A stretch of DNA of 46,714 bases from the NCBI GenBank assembly GCA_964573245.1, contig CAZNJA010000002.1:1-46714 (forward strand), given 5' to 3'. This document shows, one piece after another, positions 9,948-19,315 of the stretch. How positions within the stretch are numbered: position 1 is the first letter of the stretch; the number at the start of each line of letters is the position of its first letter. A program made the position numbers and the translations under genes. The stretch comes from an uncultured bacterium. GTDB taxonomy: Bacteria > CAIJMQ01. The notes below the pieces were generated by a model that saw nothing but the letters and a program-made list of their open reading frames with translations, was not told the origin of the DNA and did no database searches.

Positions 9948-9977
9948 GAAGGTTATCAAAAAATTACCCAGAAGAAC

Positions 9978-10559
9978 TTATATCTCAACGTTCTTCCTGC
10001 TGCCTAAATAATTCATAGGGATACCTTGTTCGCATAAAGGGCAGGATTGTTTCGGATAATTTTGGATTTCAAGATTTAAGAGCGAAAATTTTTTTATGCC
10101 GAAATCGGCTTTGTCCCCGCTTCTATCAACAAGCGAACCCACACCGATGACATGACATCCTTTTTCTTTCGCAAGTTTTATAATTTCTTTCAAAGACCCG
10201 CCGGTAGTGATAACATCCTCAACCGCCAAGACATTTTCTCCTCTCTTTAATTCAAAACCTCTTCTTAAAACCATTTTCCCGTCAACTCTTTCTACAAATA
10301 TAGCGCGTGTTTTTAAAGCCCGAGCAACTTCATGCCCGACTATTATTCCGCCTACGGCAGGAGAAATCACAACATTCACATTATCTTTTGAGAAGTGTTT
10401 TATAAGTTGGCTGCATAATTTCTCGGCTATATCTGGATACTGCAGGACCTTAGCGCACTGTAGATACGCAGAGGAATGAAGACCGCTGGTAAGCAGGAAA
10501 TGGCCTTCCAAAAGAGCGTTTTTCTCTTTGAAAATATTATAAATTTGTTTTTCTTCCAT
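9978..10559 (-). CDS. pyrE: Orotate phosphoribosyltransferase
   Basis: 193 aa. GHF.L.SG.HS..Y..C..... at the N-terminus; PRPP-binding loop VLAVEDVITTGGS. Confidence 0.88.
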   Translation of the reverse strand: MEEKQIYNIFKEKNALLEGHFLLTSGLHSSAYLQCAKVLQYPDIAEKLCSQLIKHFSKDNVNVVISPAVGGIIVGHEVARALKTRAIFVERVDGKMVLRRGFELKRGENVLAVEDVITTGGSLKEIIKLAKEKGCHVIGVGSLVDRSGDKADFGIKKFSLLNLEIQNYPKQSCPLCEQGIPMNYLGSRKNVEI

Positions 10560-10606
10560 CGTTAAAAGGGGATTTTAGCAAACTAAAGTTAAATTAACAA
10601 AACCGT

Positions 10607-12091
10607 TTAATTATTGCGATTGTCAGATGTCATCTTTATATCCAGCGCCAAAGTTGTGATAGAACGCGGAGGGAGATTTAATGTTGCACCTTCCCTAAAT
10701 AGTCCGAGGTATTTTCCGCGCTCGTTTTCCGAAGTCCTAAATATTCCGCCCCTGACAATTCTAAAATCCGCATCCTCCATTGAAATTTCGCAATCTTTAT
10801 TTGAAACATTAAGCATTACTATTGTCATAGCATTCTTTGCAGGATTTAGATACGCAGAAATTTTTAAACCATCCGAATCCGTTTCCGCAAAGATGCGTTT
10901 ATAGCCAGGAGAAATAAATTTGGAATATTGTCTAAACGCATAATAATAAGGAGTAAGTTTATAACCTTCAGATGTCGTCCACTGTGACGGATTAGCTATA
11001 TTTTCTATCTCTATTAAAGCCTTTTCGCCTTGCCATACCAAAGCCCAATATAGATACGCAGAAACATTGCCGTGGACAAGGCAGTTATGCATAATCCAAG
11101 CTGTATTGAACCAGTCGCCTCTATCATATTCTGTTTGAAAAATCGGCTTATCAGAATAGTTTTTCGCAATGCTCTTAAGACGCGGAATAAATAAATCCGG
11201 GTCATGATTGTCATTTACCTTGTCAGACTCTCCGTGATATAGATGATAAGCATAACCATAAACCAAGTCTTTATTGAAATATCTCGTAAAATTTTGGAAG
11301 ATGTTATATCCTATGCCATGCTCTTCCGGCGCCAAAACCTTGGGACGTGTCTGTAAAGACTGCAAGGCTTTAGAAACTGATGCTAAAGCTTTGTCATAAC
11401 CGGCTGTATCGGCAGATTCACGTTCATGCAAAAAGCAGCTCTCCCATTCTCCATGTGAGGGTTCGTTTTGAATACTGATATAATCGGGAACAATTCCCAT
11501 TTTTTTATAAGCTTTCAATGAATCAACCCAATATTGGGCAAAAGCATCATACATATATTCCCCGTTTGCATCCCTTTTCAATGTCCCACCTCTATTATTG
11601 TTGTTGCTTTTCAAATCGTTGGGGGGAGACCACAAACTCATAAGTATTTTGGGGTCGCGGTTTGAATATTTATACAGATTTCTTACGATTTCCGACAAAC
11701 TCGGATTAAAATTCTCCTCTGTTTGGTAATAATATCCATTTTTTATCCTAAGTATACTTAAACCGAGATTCTGAAAAGCATGATAGTAAAGATCCTCTCG
11801 ATTAGGATGCTGAGCAAACGGAATTTCATACCAGGCAACGGAAGCACCGAATCCCTCGATGGTTTGGTAAGTTTCCCTCGGACGAACTGCAATTGTTACG
11901 GGCAGTCGTTCTGCTGTTTCAGGCGATACGTCAGACGGGTCCACTATATAATCTTTATGACCTATATCCTGATTATCGATTCTGTCGTCTGAATATTCGG
12001 CGGAAAACAGATTAGCCGCTAAAGTCGCATATCCGCAAATTAAAATTAAACCCGCAAAAAGAGCCAACAGTTTTTGCCGTTTCTTTAACAT
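10607..12091 (-). CDS. Secreted glycoside hydrolase family 30 (O-glycosyl hydrolase; beta-1,6-glucanase/glucosylceramidase-like)
   Basis: QTIEGFGAS near the N-terminus; acid/base motif SIQNEPSHG and nucleophile motif FQTEYD. I set the start at ATG 12091 (MLKKRQKLLALFAGLILICGYATLAAN, a signal peptide). The 45-codon upstream extension in the ORF track overlaps mtnP. Confidence 0.8.
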   Translation of the reverse strand: MLKKRQKLLALFAGLILICGYATLAANLFSAEYSDDRIDNQDIGHKDYIVDPSDVSPETAERLPVTIAVRPRETYQTIEGFGASVAWYEIPFAQHPNREDLYYHAFQNLGLSILRIKNGYYYQTEENFNPSLSEIVRNLYKYSNRDPKILMSLWSPPNDLKSNNNNRGGTLKRDANGEYMYDAFAQYWVDSLKAYKKMGIVPDYISIQNEPSHGEWESCFLHERESADTAGYDKALASVSKALQSLQTRPKVLAPEEHGIGYNIFQNFTRYFNKDLVYGYAYHLYHGESDKVNDNHDPDLFIPRLKSIAKNYSDKPIFQTEYDRGDWFNTAWIMHNCLVHGNVSAYLYWALVWQGEKALIEIENIANPSQWTTSEGYKLTPYYYAFRQYSKFISPGYKRIFAETDSDGLKISAYLNPAKNAMTIVMLNVSNKDCEISMEDADFRIVRGGIFRTSENERGKYLGLFREGATLNLPPRSITTLALDIKMTSDNRNN

Positions 12092-12105
12092 AATATCCCC
12101 ACGAA

Positions 12106-12990
12106 TTAAGAGATTTGTTCTTTTACATATTTGCCTATAATCAACTTCAGTTCTTTTTTCTTCTTTTCCGGTATGAGCTTGGGGTCGGTAATGATTGCGT
12201 TTTTTAAAGCCTCCGAGCAAAGACAATGTCTTTCTATGGGTATTTGCGAAACCATATTTTTTATAATTTCCTTTACCATTTTCACGTTTTTATTCAGGTT
12301 CTGGATTATCATATCAACCGTAACTACCGACTCTTCTTCGTACCAAGCGTCATAATCCGTCACCATCGCCACTGTGGCAAAACACATTTCTGCTTCTCTG
12401 GCTAATTTTGCCTCCGGCATATTTGTCATGCCGATTACATCCATGCCCCAGCTTTTATAAAGAAATGATTCTGCTTCGGTTGAAAATGCGGGGCCTTCCA
12501 TATTCAAATAAGTCCCGCCTTTATGTACGGTAACATTATTCTGGACAGCCAACTTGTTAGCTGTTGAAAACAAAACATCCGAAAGGACAGGGCATACCGG
12601 CTCGGCAAAAGCGATATGCGCCACGACCCCATCCCCGAAAAATGTCATTTTTCTCGCCTGATTGGTTCTGTCAACGAACTGGTCTATTATAACGATATCA
12701 AGTGGTTTTATTTCTTTTTTGAAAGAGCCGACAGTTGAAATGGAGATAAGCCACTGCACGCCCAATTTCCTCATTCCGAAAATGTTTGCTCTATAATTGA
12801 GTTCCGACGGCATTATTTTATGACCGCGGCCGTGCCGCGGAAGGAAAGCTATTTCCTCGCCGTTTATTTTTCCGATTAAATATTCGTCGGAAGGTTCGCC
12901 AAAAGGGGTATCGACCCGAACCCAGTTTTTATTTTCGAACCCTTCGATTTCGTAAAGACCACTTCCTCCAATTATTCCGATTCTTGGCAT
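12106..12990 (-). CDS. mtnP: S-methyl-5'-thioadenosine phosphorylase
   Basis: MPRIGIIGGSGLY....F.......V.TPFG.PS........G.E.AFLPRHGRGH...PSE.NYRANI is the MTAP signature. ATG 12990 is preceded by AGGTGA; the track start at GTG 12999 is less likely. Confidence 0.9.
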   Translation of the reverse strand: MPRIGIIGGSGLYEIEGFENKNWVRVDTPFGEPSDEYLIGKINGEEIAFLPRHGRGHKIMPSELNYRANIFGMRKLGVQWLISISTVGSFKKEIKPLDIVIIDQFVDRTNQARKMTFFGDGVVAHIAFAEPVCPVLSDVLFSTANKLAVQNNVTVHKGGTYLNMEGPAFSTEAESFLYKSWGMDVIGMTNMPEAKLAREAEMCFATVAMVTDYDAWYEEESVVTVDMIIQNLNKNVKMVKEIIKNMVSQIPIERHCLCSEALKNAIITDPKLIPEKKKKELKLIIGKYVKEQIS

Positions 12991-13057
12991 TTTTCTCACC
13001 TATATATTTTTGATTATATCAATTTCAAAACGAGTCTATTATAATATAAAAGTCAAG

Positions 13058-14479
13058 ATGATTATAAAAAAAGAAGCTGAACAAATTATAAGTTATTTGG
13101 AAGACACATCCAATTTGAAGTTCGGTAGTGCGGATGTGGTTTATGTTCCTAAAAACGAAGCGGAAGTTTTACAGGCAATAAAAGAAGCAAGGAAAGACAA
13201 TATGCCGCTCACTGCTTCAGGGGCGGGGACAGGCACGACAGGCGGAAGAATTCCTCTAAGCGGAGCAATTGTATCGCTCGAGAAGATGAACAATATTATT
13301 TCAATCGATAAAAGTAAATTTGCAGCGACCTTGCAATCAGGCGTAATAGTGGATGATTTTTTAAAAGAACTGGAAAAAGACAATCTCTTTTATCCCCCGT
13401 TTCCAACCGAGAGAATGGCTTTTATCGGCAGTAATGTCGCTACAAACGCTTCCGGCGAATATAGTTACAGATTCGGCGCAACAAGAAAATATGTCGAAAG
13501 AATAAAAGTCGCTCTGTCAACTGAAAACATACTGGATATAAGAAGGGGAGAATATACCGCAGACGAACAGGGCTTAATTACTTCGCCGTTTTTTAAAGTA
13601 AAAATCCCCGCATACAGAATTCCGGATGTAAAAAATGCCGCCGGCTATTTCTCGCGTCCAGGAATGGATCTAATCGATTTATTCATCGGTTCGGAGGGGA
13701 CTTTGGGAATCATCACAGAAGTTGAAGTTAAACTTATACCCGCGCTTCCAAAGCGTTCGATTATGATTTTATTCCTTCAAAAAAATGAAGACACTTTAGA
13801 CATCATTAAAAAAATCAGGAATAATAAAAAGTTAAATATTTATTCCTTAGAATATTTCGAAAAAAACAGTTTGGGAATTTTAAAAAAAGCCTTCCCGAAT
13901 ATTCCGGACTGCGAGTCGGCTTTGTATATAGAGCAGGAGGCAAAAAATTTGGACGAGTGGCTGGAACTGTTGGAAGAATATTCCCTGGCAGATACATGGG
14001 TCGGCGAAAATGAGCGCGATCACAATAAACTGATAGATTTCAGGCACAAACTCCCCGAACTTATAAACGAGTATTTCAGAGAAATAAAACAAACTAAGGT
14101 TTCGTTGGATATAGCCGTGCCGGAAGATTATTTCCCGACATTTTTTGATTTTTATCAGGAAATGGCGAACAAAACGGCAATTGAATACGTTATCTTCGGG
14201 CATATCGGAGAAAATCATCTACACTTTAATTTTTTTCCGAAAAACGACGAAGAAAAAGAAAGAGCGCAATCGGCTTACATAGAGGCGGTAAAAAAAGCGG
14301 TCGCAAATGGCGGGACTGTCTCTGCAGAACACGGCATAGGCAAATTAAAACACAAATATCTAAAAATGATGTACGGACAAGAAGGCATTATGGAAATGGT
14401 TAGAGTGAAAAAAACAATAGACCCGTTTTATATATTCGGACTGAATAATATATTCCCGAAAGAACTGTTGCAATTGTAA
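13058..14479 (+). CDS. FAD-binding oxidoreductase (GlcD / D-lactate dehydrogenase-like, PCMH-type FAD domain)
   Basis: Has ...PLTASGAGTGTTGG..P, a GSEGTLGIITE FAD-binding segment, and C-terminal SAEHGIGKLK. The first ATG is at 13058; the track uses TTG 13010. Confidence 0.8.
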   Translation: MIIKKEAEQIISYLEDTSNLKFGSADVVYVPKNEAEVLQAIKEARKDNMPLTASGAGTGTTGGRIPLSGAIVSLEKMNNIISIDKSKFAATLQSGVIVDDFLKELEKDNLFYPPFPTERMAFIGSNVATNASGEYSYRFGATRKYVERIKVALSTENILDIRRGEYTADEQGLITSPFFKVKIPAYRIPDVKNAAGYFSRPGMDLIDLFIGSEGTLGIITEVEVKLIPALPKRSIMILFLQKNEDTLDIIKKIRNNKKLNIYSLEYFEKNSLGILKKAFPNIPDCESALYIEQEAKNLDEWLELLEEYSLADTWVGENERDHNKLIDFRHKLPELINEYFREIKQTKVSLDIAVPEDYFPTFFDFYQEMANKTAIEYVIFGHIGENHLHFNFFPKNDEEKERAQSAYIEAVKKAVANGGTVSAEHGIGKLKHKYLKMMYGQEGIMEMVRVKKTIDPFYIFGLNNIFPKELLQL

Positions 14480-14500
14480 GAGCATTATTTAGTATCTGGT

Positions 14501-15418
14501 TTATCTATCAGAATTCGCCGGATTCTTGCGGGTTACAACCATCCTTTTTGCCAATCCACACAATCCCAACATTATAAAAATAGCTAAAACCTGCCATCCC
14601 CAACCAATAATTTCCATTACTGGTTCATTTAGAACCTTCATGCTATATATTGCATCCTTTGACGCTTCGCCGAATGCAGGACTTGCTACAATTGTATATT
14701 GAAATACACCAAGGAACGCATGATATAGGGAAACTCCATACAATTCTCTGGTTGTTAAATATAAAATGCAAATTGGCACTGCTGAAATCCCGTGAGCTAA
14801 TAACATGATTCCTACCGAACCCCATCCTTGCTTTGCAGCTCCACCTGAATATATAGAGAAATAGGCAGGAAGGTGCCATAATCCAAATATGGCCGAGCAT
14901 AAAATTATAGCCTTAACTCCGCCAAAGATTTCCTCAAGTTTTGGCAAAATATAACCGCGGAAGGCAAGTTCTTCCCCCAAAAGACAGGCGATAAACATAA
15001 TGGCTCCACCAAAAACAATTATTATAGAGACTGTTAACATAAGGGGTACATCTTTAACAACCGCTGGAGAACCTTCGTTAAGCGTAACCTCAATAAGACC
15101 TAATCGCAGTGGTATCCAAAAATGAAGAATGAGCACGATAGCTGTGAATAGAAGACCTATACTTAGACCAATGGCTGCATTACGATTCAATCGAAATCCC
15201 ATGTCTACAAAAGTTCCATGATGAAACTTCTTCTGACATACAATTGCTCCTATTCCCATCGCAAATATAGCAAATGACAAATAAATACTGGATACCCTTG
15301 GAGAAAAAAAGATAGCTACTGACATGAGGACAAATATGAATATGATGTAGCCGATAAGAATCTTGAGAGTTCTTTTCATAGGAATTTCAAATGGAATTGG
15401 TTTTAAAAAACTATCCAA
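14501..15418 (-). CDS. CPBP (CAAX) family intramembrane glutamic endopeptidase
   Basis: Multi-TM protein with GEELAFRGYILP (EExxxR), FGLWHL (FxxxH) and a later YHAF motif. The start is uncertain: TTG 15418 overlaps the upstream gene by 8 nt, while ATG 15379 gives MKRTLKILIGYI. Confidence 0.8.
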   Translation of the reverse strand: MDSFLKPIPFEIPMKRTLKILIGYIIFIFVLMSVAIFFSPRVSSIYLSFAIFAMGIGAIVCQKKFHHGTFVDMGFRLNRNAAIGLSIGLLFTAIVLILHFWIPLRLGLIEVTLNEGSPAVVKDVPLMLTVSIIIVFGGAIMFIACLLGEELAFRGYILPKLEEIFGGVKAIILCSAIFGLWHLPAYFSIYSGGAAKQGWGSVGIMLLAHGISAVPICILYLTTRELYGVSLYHAFLGVFQYTIVASPAFGEASKDAIYSMKVLNEPVMEIIGWGWQVLAIFIMLGLCGLAKRMVVTRKNPANSDR

Positions 15419-16541
15419 ACGCTTCTTCTACTATTTGTTCAAGCAAAGTGCCGTTTATATCTATAATTTTTAGTTCTCTTTTTGCGCTTTCAACCGAATC
15501 GGAAGCATGGACTCCGTTTTTCATTATGTCGTGCCCGAATTCTCTTCTTATAGTGCCGGGCGCCGCTTCAAGCGGGTCGGTTGCTCCGATTTTCTTCCTT
15601 ATTCTGTCCAAAGCAAAAGGACCTTGATACACCAGCGCCAAAGATTGTTGTTGTCTTCCGCCATACGCTTCTTTTTTCTCCACCTCGGAAATTTCATAAG
15701 GGTTAAATCCTGTCATAAATTTTATTATTTCGGCAAACGCTTTTTTGCCGTTTTGTTCGCCGTATCGTCCTATTAATTTCTCTTCTATGGGCTGATAAAA
15801 TTCTACGGCTTCTTCTATTGACATATTCACCGCTTTAACACCTATTACTTTTAACCCGGGTCCTGCAAGCGCGTCGATTATAGCGCCGACTCTGTGCGAC
15901 TTTTTATAGATATTATCGGGCTTAATAAGGACAAGCGTCTGTTGGATATTTTCAAGCATCTCTTTGGATGTGGAAGTAATATCATCTCTATGCTTCAACG
16001 CTTCATATTCATGTATATCCCATTTTGCAAGCAACGCCTTCCAATCCACGAAATCATCAAGCAATCCTCCATCCGACCGACTATATCCAGCCCATAAACT
16101 AATAACATCTTTAGCACACTCTTTTTCGGGAATAATTATAACGACAGGTTCTATGAAACCAATAATATTTCCGTCTTTATCTTCTTTAAATTCCGCAAAC
16201 GAATTCCGCAAAGTTCCGTCAACCCTTCTGCTTATGGGACCTACAATACCTTTTATCTGCGATATAGCGTCTTCTCCTTTAAAAAGGAGCAGCATCATTC
16301 TTTTTCTCAATAACCCTTTATTTTTCTCGACATATTCCCTTTCCAAATAATCTTTAAACGATTCGTCCATCATCAATTCAATATATTGCCGAATCAGTTT
16401 ATCGCTTGGGGCAAACATTCTCGCTTCGAGAAGTTCCAAGGGTTTTACGCCGCGCGAAAAGACCTCTTTTATTATATGCCCCGTAAGCGAACGGCTAAGC
16501 GATTTTTCGGTTATAAGAACCAATCCGAGTTGTTCTTCCAT
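15411..16541 (-). CDS. Tandem nucleoside-diphosphate-kinase-like protein (degenerate N-terminal NDK-like half plus an apparently intact C-terminal NDK domain)
   Basis: The C-terminal half has TLVLIKPDNIY..., GATDPLEAAPGTIRREFG and NGVHASDSVESAKRELK (catalytic His context). The N-terminal half has LVLITEKSL...GHIIKEVFSRG but no NxxH.SD motif. ATG 16541 is preceded by GAGGGA; the track start 16553 abuts the upstream stop. Confidence 0.7.
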   Translation of the reverse strand: MEEQLGLVLITEKSLSRSLTGHIIKEVFSRGVKPLELLEARMFAPSDKLIRQYIELMMDESFKDYLEREYVEKNKGLLRKRMMLLLFKGEDAISQIKGIVGPISRRVDGTLRNSFAEFKEDKDGNIIGFIEPVVIIIPEKECAKDVISLWAGYSRSDGGLLDDFVDWKALLAKWDIHEYEALKHRDDITSTSKEMLENIQQTLVLIKPDNIYKKSHRVGAIIDALAGPGLKVIGVKAVNMSIEEAVEFYQPIEEKLIGRYGEQNGKKAFAEIIKFMTGFNPYEISEVEKKEAYGGRQQQSLALVYQGPFALDRIRKKIGATDPLEAAPGTIRREFGHDIMKNGVHASDSVESAKRELKIIDINGTLLEQIVEEAFG

Positions 16542-16553
16542 TATTTCCCTCAT

Positions 16554-17609
16554 TTATATTTTCTTGGGTAAACTTTTTAAATACCCTTCAATCTGCGGTA
16601 ATAATAAAGGCAACTGCTTATTAATAACCAAGCCAAATATTACTGCTATTAAAACGATTATAAGTATAAAAGGAATTAAAACTATTAAGTATTCAGCGGA
16701 ACTCGTTCGCAAATGTTTTTCGGATATGCGGTTTGTGCGGATACGGTAATAAAGAGACGCAATAGCTATATTCGCAAGAGGTATGGTAACAAGAAGTCCT
16801 ATACCTAAAAATAATATTCCTAATAGCGTGCATACTATCTGAACCGATAAGATTCTCCACTTGTAGCCCTTGGTAATATCGTAACTTGCTTTCATCCCTT
16901 CCCAAGGTCCCTTGTTTTCATCAAAAATGAAGAAGTAGGTAAGAAGATATGCAAAGGTAAGATAGAATCCCCAAATTCCAAAAGAAACAAGACTTGCAAG
17001 AGCAGTTAATAAAACTATTAATAAATAACCTCCGAAAGCATGCCAGAGATATTGTCCCCTAAAACCTTCAAAAATCGAGCCGACATTAACCGTTTCTTTA
17101 CGGGCTATTTTTAAAGAATATGCCGACCATCCTAAAGTTAAAGCGGCAACAATAAGATACCAGATAAAATTTGATACTAAACTGCTTATGATGTTGACTG
17201 GAAGATTCCGAATAATCCCCATTAAAAGCATAGACCCCGCCATAGCCACTATTGCCGTCATAAAAATAGCGCCTATAATCGACCATATTCCTTTGGCAAG
17301 CATTGCGCGCCACGCGTCAGCAATAACTTGGTCGGTAAGTATCGATTTGTCGTCGCTAAGAAAATCGGACAAATCTTTCGGCGCAGGAACTTGTGTTTCG
17401 GCAGTTTCCTGCTTTTTTAATGGGGGGACATTTCCCTTAAATAAGGATTGTAATTCCGGAATTGATTTTATAACTACCCACTCGCTTTTGTCTTGCACCC
17501 AAACGAAATCTTCGTCCAGAACTCTTTTCTCCTGAACCCATTTGCTCAATGTTTCCGAATCAACCGGTCCGTAAATAGCGCCTTCTTTTGTTTTTATTTG
17601 CCAACCCAT
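16554..17609 (-). CDS. GYF_2 (DUF4339)-domain integral membrane protein with a DUF975-like polytopic C-terminal region
   Basis: MGWQIKTKEGAIYGPVDSETLSKWVQEKRVLDEDFVWVQDKSEWVVIKSIPEL matches the bacterial GYF-2 pattern, followed by about 6 TM segments. ATG 17609 is preceded by AAGGAGAG. The track's 37-codon extension lacks an RBS. Confidence 0.65.
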   Translation of the reverse strand: MGWQIKTKEGAIYGPVDSETLSKWVQEKRVLDEDFVWVQDKSEWVVIKSIPELQSLFKGNVPPLKKQETAETQVPAPKDLSDFLSDDKSILTDQVIADAWRAMLAKGIWSIIGAIFMTAIVAMAGSMLLMGIIRNLPVNIISSLVSNFIWYLIVAALTLGWSAYSLKIARKETVNVGSIFEGFRGQYLWHAFGGYLLIVLLTALASLVSFGIWGFYLTFAYLLTYFFIFDENKGPWEGMKASYDITKGYKWRILSVQIVCTLLGILFLGIGLLVTIPLANIAIASLYYRIRTNRISEKHLRTSSAEYLIVLIPFILIIVLIAVIFGLVINKQLPLLLPQIEGYLKSLPKKI

Positions 17610-17728
17610 AGCTCTCTCCTTATTTCGTTTAGTAAATTCTATACCAAATTCTATGAAATTTCTATTGATGTTATAATAATACATCCCCATACTAAATATA
17701 TTGGTGTAGGGATAAACCAATTTAAAAA

Positions 17729-19270
17729 TTGAAGAACAATATCGTTCCTGTCGTTTTATCGGTGTCCTCTGCCACGCTTTTGACCTTTTCTTTTCATCCT
17801 TTCAACCTTTCATTTTTGGCGTGGATAGCGTTGGTCCCTTTGTTCTGCATTCCCCAAAAAATATCGCCTAAAAAAATATTTATCCTTTATTATTCTGCCG
17901 GGATTATTTTCTGGTTATCTCATATTTGGTGGCTGATTTATGTAACTCCTTTAGGTTATGTTCTTTTGTCTTTTTATCTTGCCCTATTTTTCGGGCTTTT
18001 GGGATTACTTATTAAATTTTCGAGAGAAAAGACAGGTTATCCTCTCTTGTTTCTCGCCCCGCCTATTTGGGTTATGCTCGAGTTTGCAAGAACTTATATG
18101 TTAATAAGCTTTCCCTGGTCTTTGCTGGGTTATTCGCAATGGCACAATACCGCGCTTATACAAATCTCTTCCATAACAGGTGTTTACGGCGTTTCTTTTT
18201 TGATTGTTATGTTCAATGCGGCAGCATCCGATTTGGTTCTGTTAAAAACAAAAAAGCACTTTCGAAATCTTTTATTATCTTTTCTGACAATAATAAATGT
18301 TATCGTATGGGGCTGGCATGCAATTCCTTTAGAGCAAGAAGGGTACGCCTGCCAGAAAATAAAAATTTCTGTGATTCAAGGAAACATTCCGCAGAACATC
18401 AAATGGGACGAAGAATATTCGAAAGAAATTATAAATACTTATGCGGAGCTAAGCATTTACGCAGGGACAGACCATGATGTTTCTTTAATCGTTTGGCCCG
18501 AAACTTCATATCCGGATTATATTAGCGTTGAAAGCGAATTGTTCCAAAAAGTGCGCAATTTGACTTATTATCTAGACACGCATTTGTTGTTTGGCGCGGT
18601 TACAAGCCAAAATAACAGAGATTACAACTCTGCTTTGCTACTATTATCTCCCGAGGCAGAGATAGAGCAAGTTTATAATAAGTTGCGTCTTGTCCAGTTT
18701 GCCGAATATCTTCCCCTTAAAAAACTTTTATTTTTTTTAAGCGACATTTTCCCGCAAATAGGCGATTTTAGCAAAGGCACGGAATACACTATATTCAATA
18801 TCAAAAATCAAATATCAAATATCAAATATAACTTCGCAACATTGATTTGTTTCGAGGATTTGTTTCCGGATTTGGCAAGGGACTTTACCAATAACGGAGC
18901 ACAGTTTTTAGTCAATATCACTAACGACGCGCACTTTAAAGAATCCCCTGCTTTATGGCAACATTTTGCTCATTCAATTTTCAGAGCCGTAGAAAACAGA
19001 AGACCAATAGTAAGAGCGGCAAACAACGGTATAAGCGCGTTTATAAATTCTTACGGAAAACCGATTGAAATATTAACAGACGCCAACGGCAAAGCACGCG
19101 GAGCACGAGGGTACGCAACCGCGCAAATTAGCCCTTCCAACACTAAAACTTTTTATACCCGTTTCGGAGATTTATTCATTTACATCAACTTGCTTTACCT
19201 GTTTGCTTTATCTATTTATCCTATCCGACAACAAAGAAAAAAAGGAAAACAGGGAGTAAAGAAATTATAA
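17729..19270 (+). CDS. lnt: Apolipoprotein N-acyltransferase
   Basis: 513 aa with an N-terminal polytopic domain and a CN-hydrolase domain. Catalytic-triad contexts: IVWPETSYP, YNKLRLVQFAEYLP, TLICFEDLFP. TTG start. Confidence 0.88.
   Translation: MKNNIVPVVLSVSSATLLTFSFHPFNLSFLAWIALVPLFCIPQKISPKKIFILYYSAGIIFWLSHIWWLIYVTPLGYVLLSFYLALFFGLLGLLIKFSREKTGYPLLFLAPPIWVMLEFARTYMLISFPWSLLGYSQWHNTALIQISSITGVYGVSFLIVMFNAAASDLVLLKTKKHFRNLLLSFLTIINVIVWGWHAIPLEQEGYACQKIKISVIQGNIPQNIKWDEEYSKEIINTYAELSIYAGTDHDVSLIVWPETSYPDYISVESELFQKVRNLTYYLDTHLLFGAVTSQNNRDYNSALLLLSPEAEIEQVYNKLRLVQFAEYLPLKKLLFFLSDIFPQIGDFSKGTEYTIFNIKNQISNIKYNFATLICFEDLFPDLARDFTNNGAQFLVNITNDAHFKESPALWQHFAHSIFRAVENRRPIVRAANNGISAFINSYGKPIEILTDANGKARGARGYATAQISPSNTKTFYTRFGDLFIYINLLYLFALSIYPIRQQRKKGKQGVKKL
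18795..18830 (+). repeat. Heptanucleotide tandem array (TCAATA TCAAAAA TCAAATA x3) inside the lnt CDS
   Basis: Direct reading. It encodes FNIKNQISNIKYN just upstream of the catalytic-Cys strand. The 19-mer AATATCAAAAATCAAATAT (18797-18815) is identical to 27836-27854. Confidence 0.85.
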
Positions 19271-19315
19271 ATTGTCTATGTTAAAATAGGCATAAATCAA
19301 ACATAACTATTCAAT

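Noticed and set aside
12092-12226. 45-codon N-terminal extension of the GH30 ORF
   Set aside because: It overlaps the 3' end of mtnP. The internal ATG at 12091 yields a canonical signal peptide.
13010-13057. TTG start and a sigma70 promoter in the mtnP / FAD-oxidoreductase divergent spacer
   Set aside because: The TTGATT and TATAAT-like hexamers are 21-24 nt apart, so the spacing is wrong. I preferred the first ATG at 13058 as the start codon.
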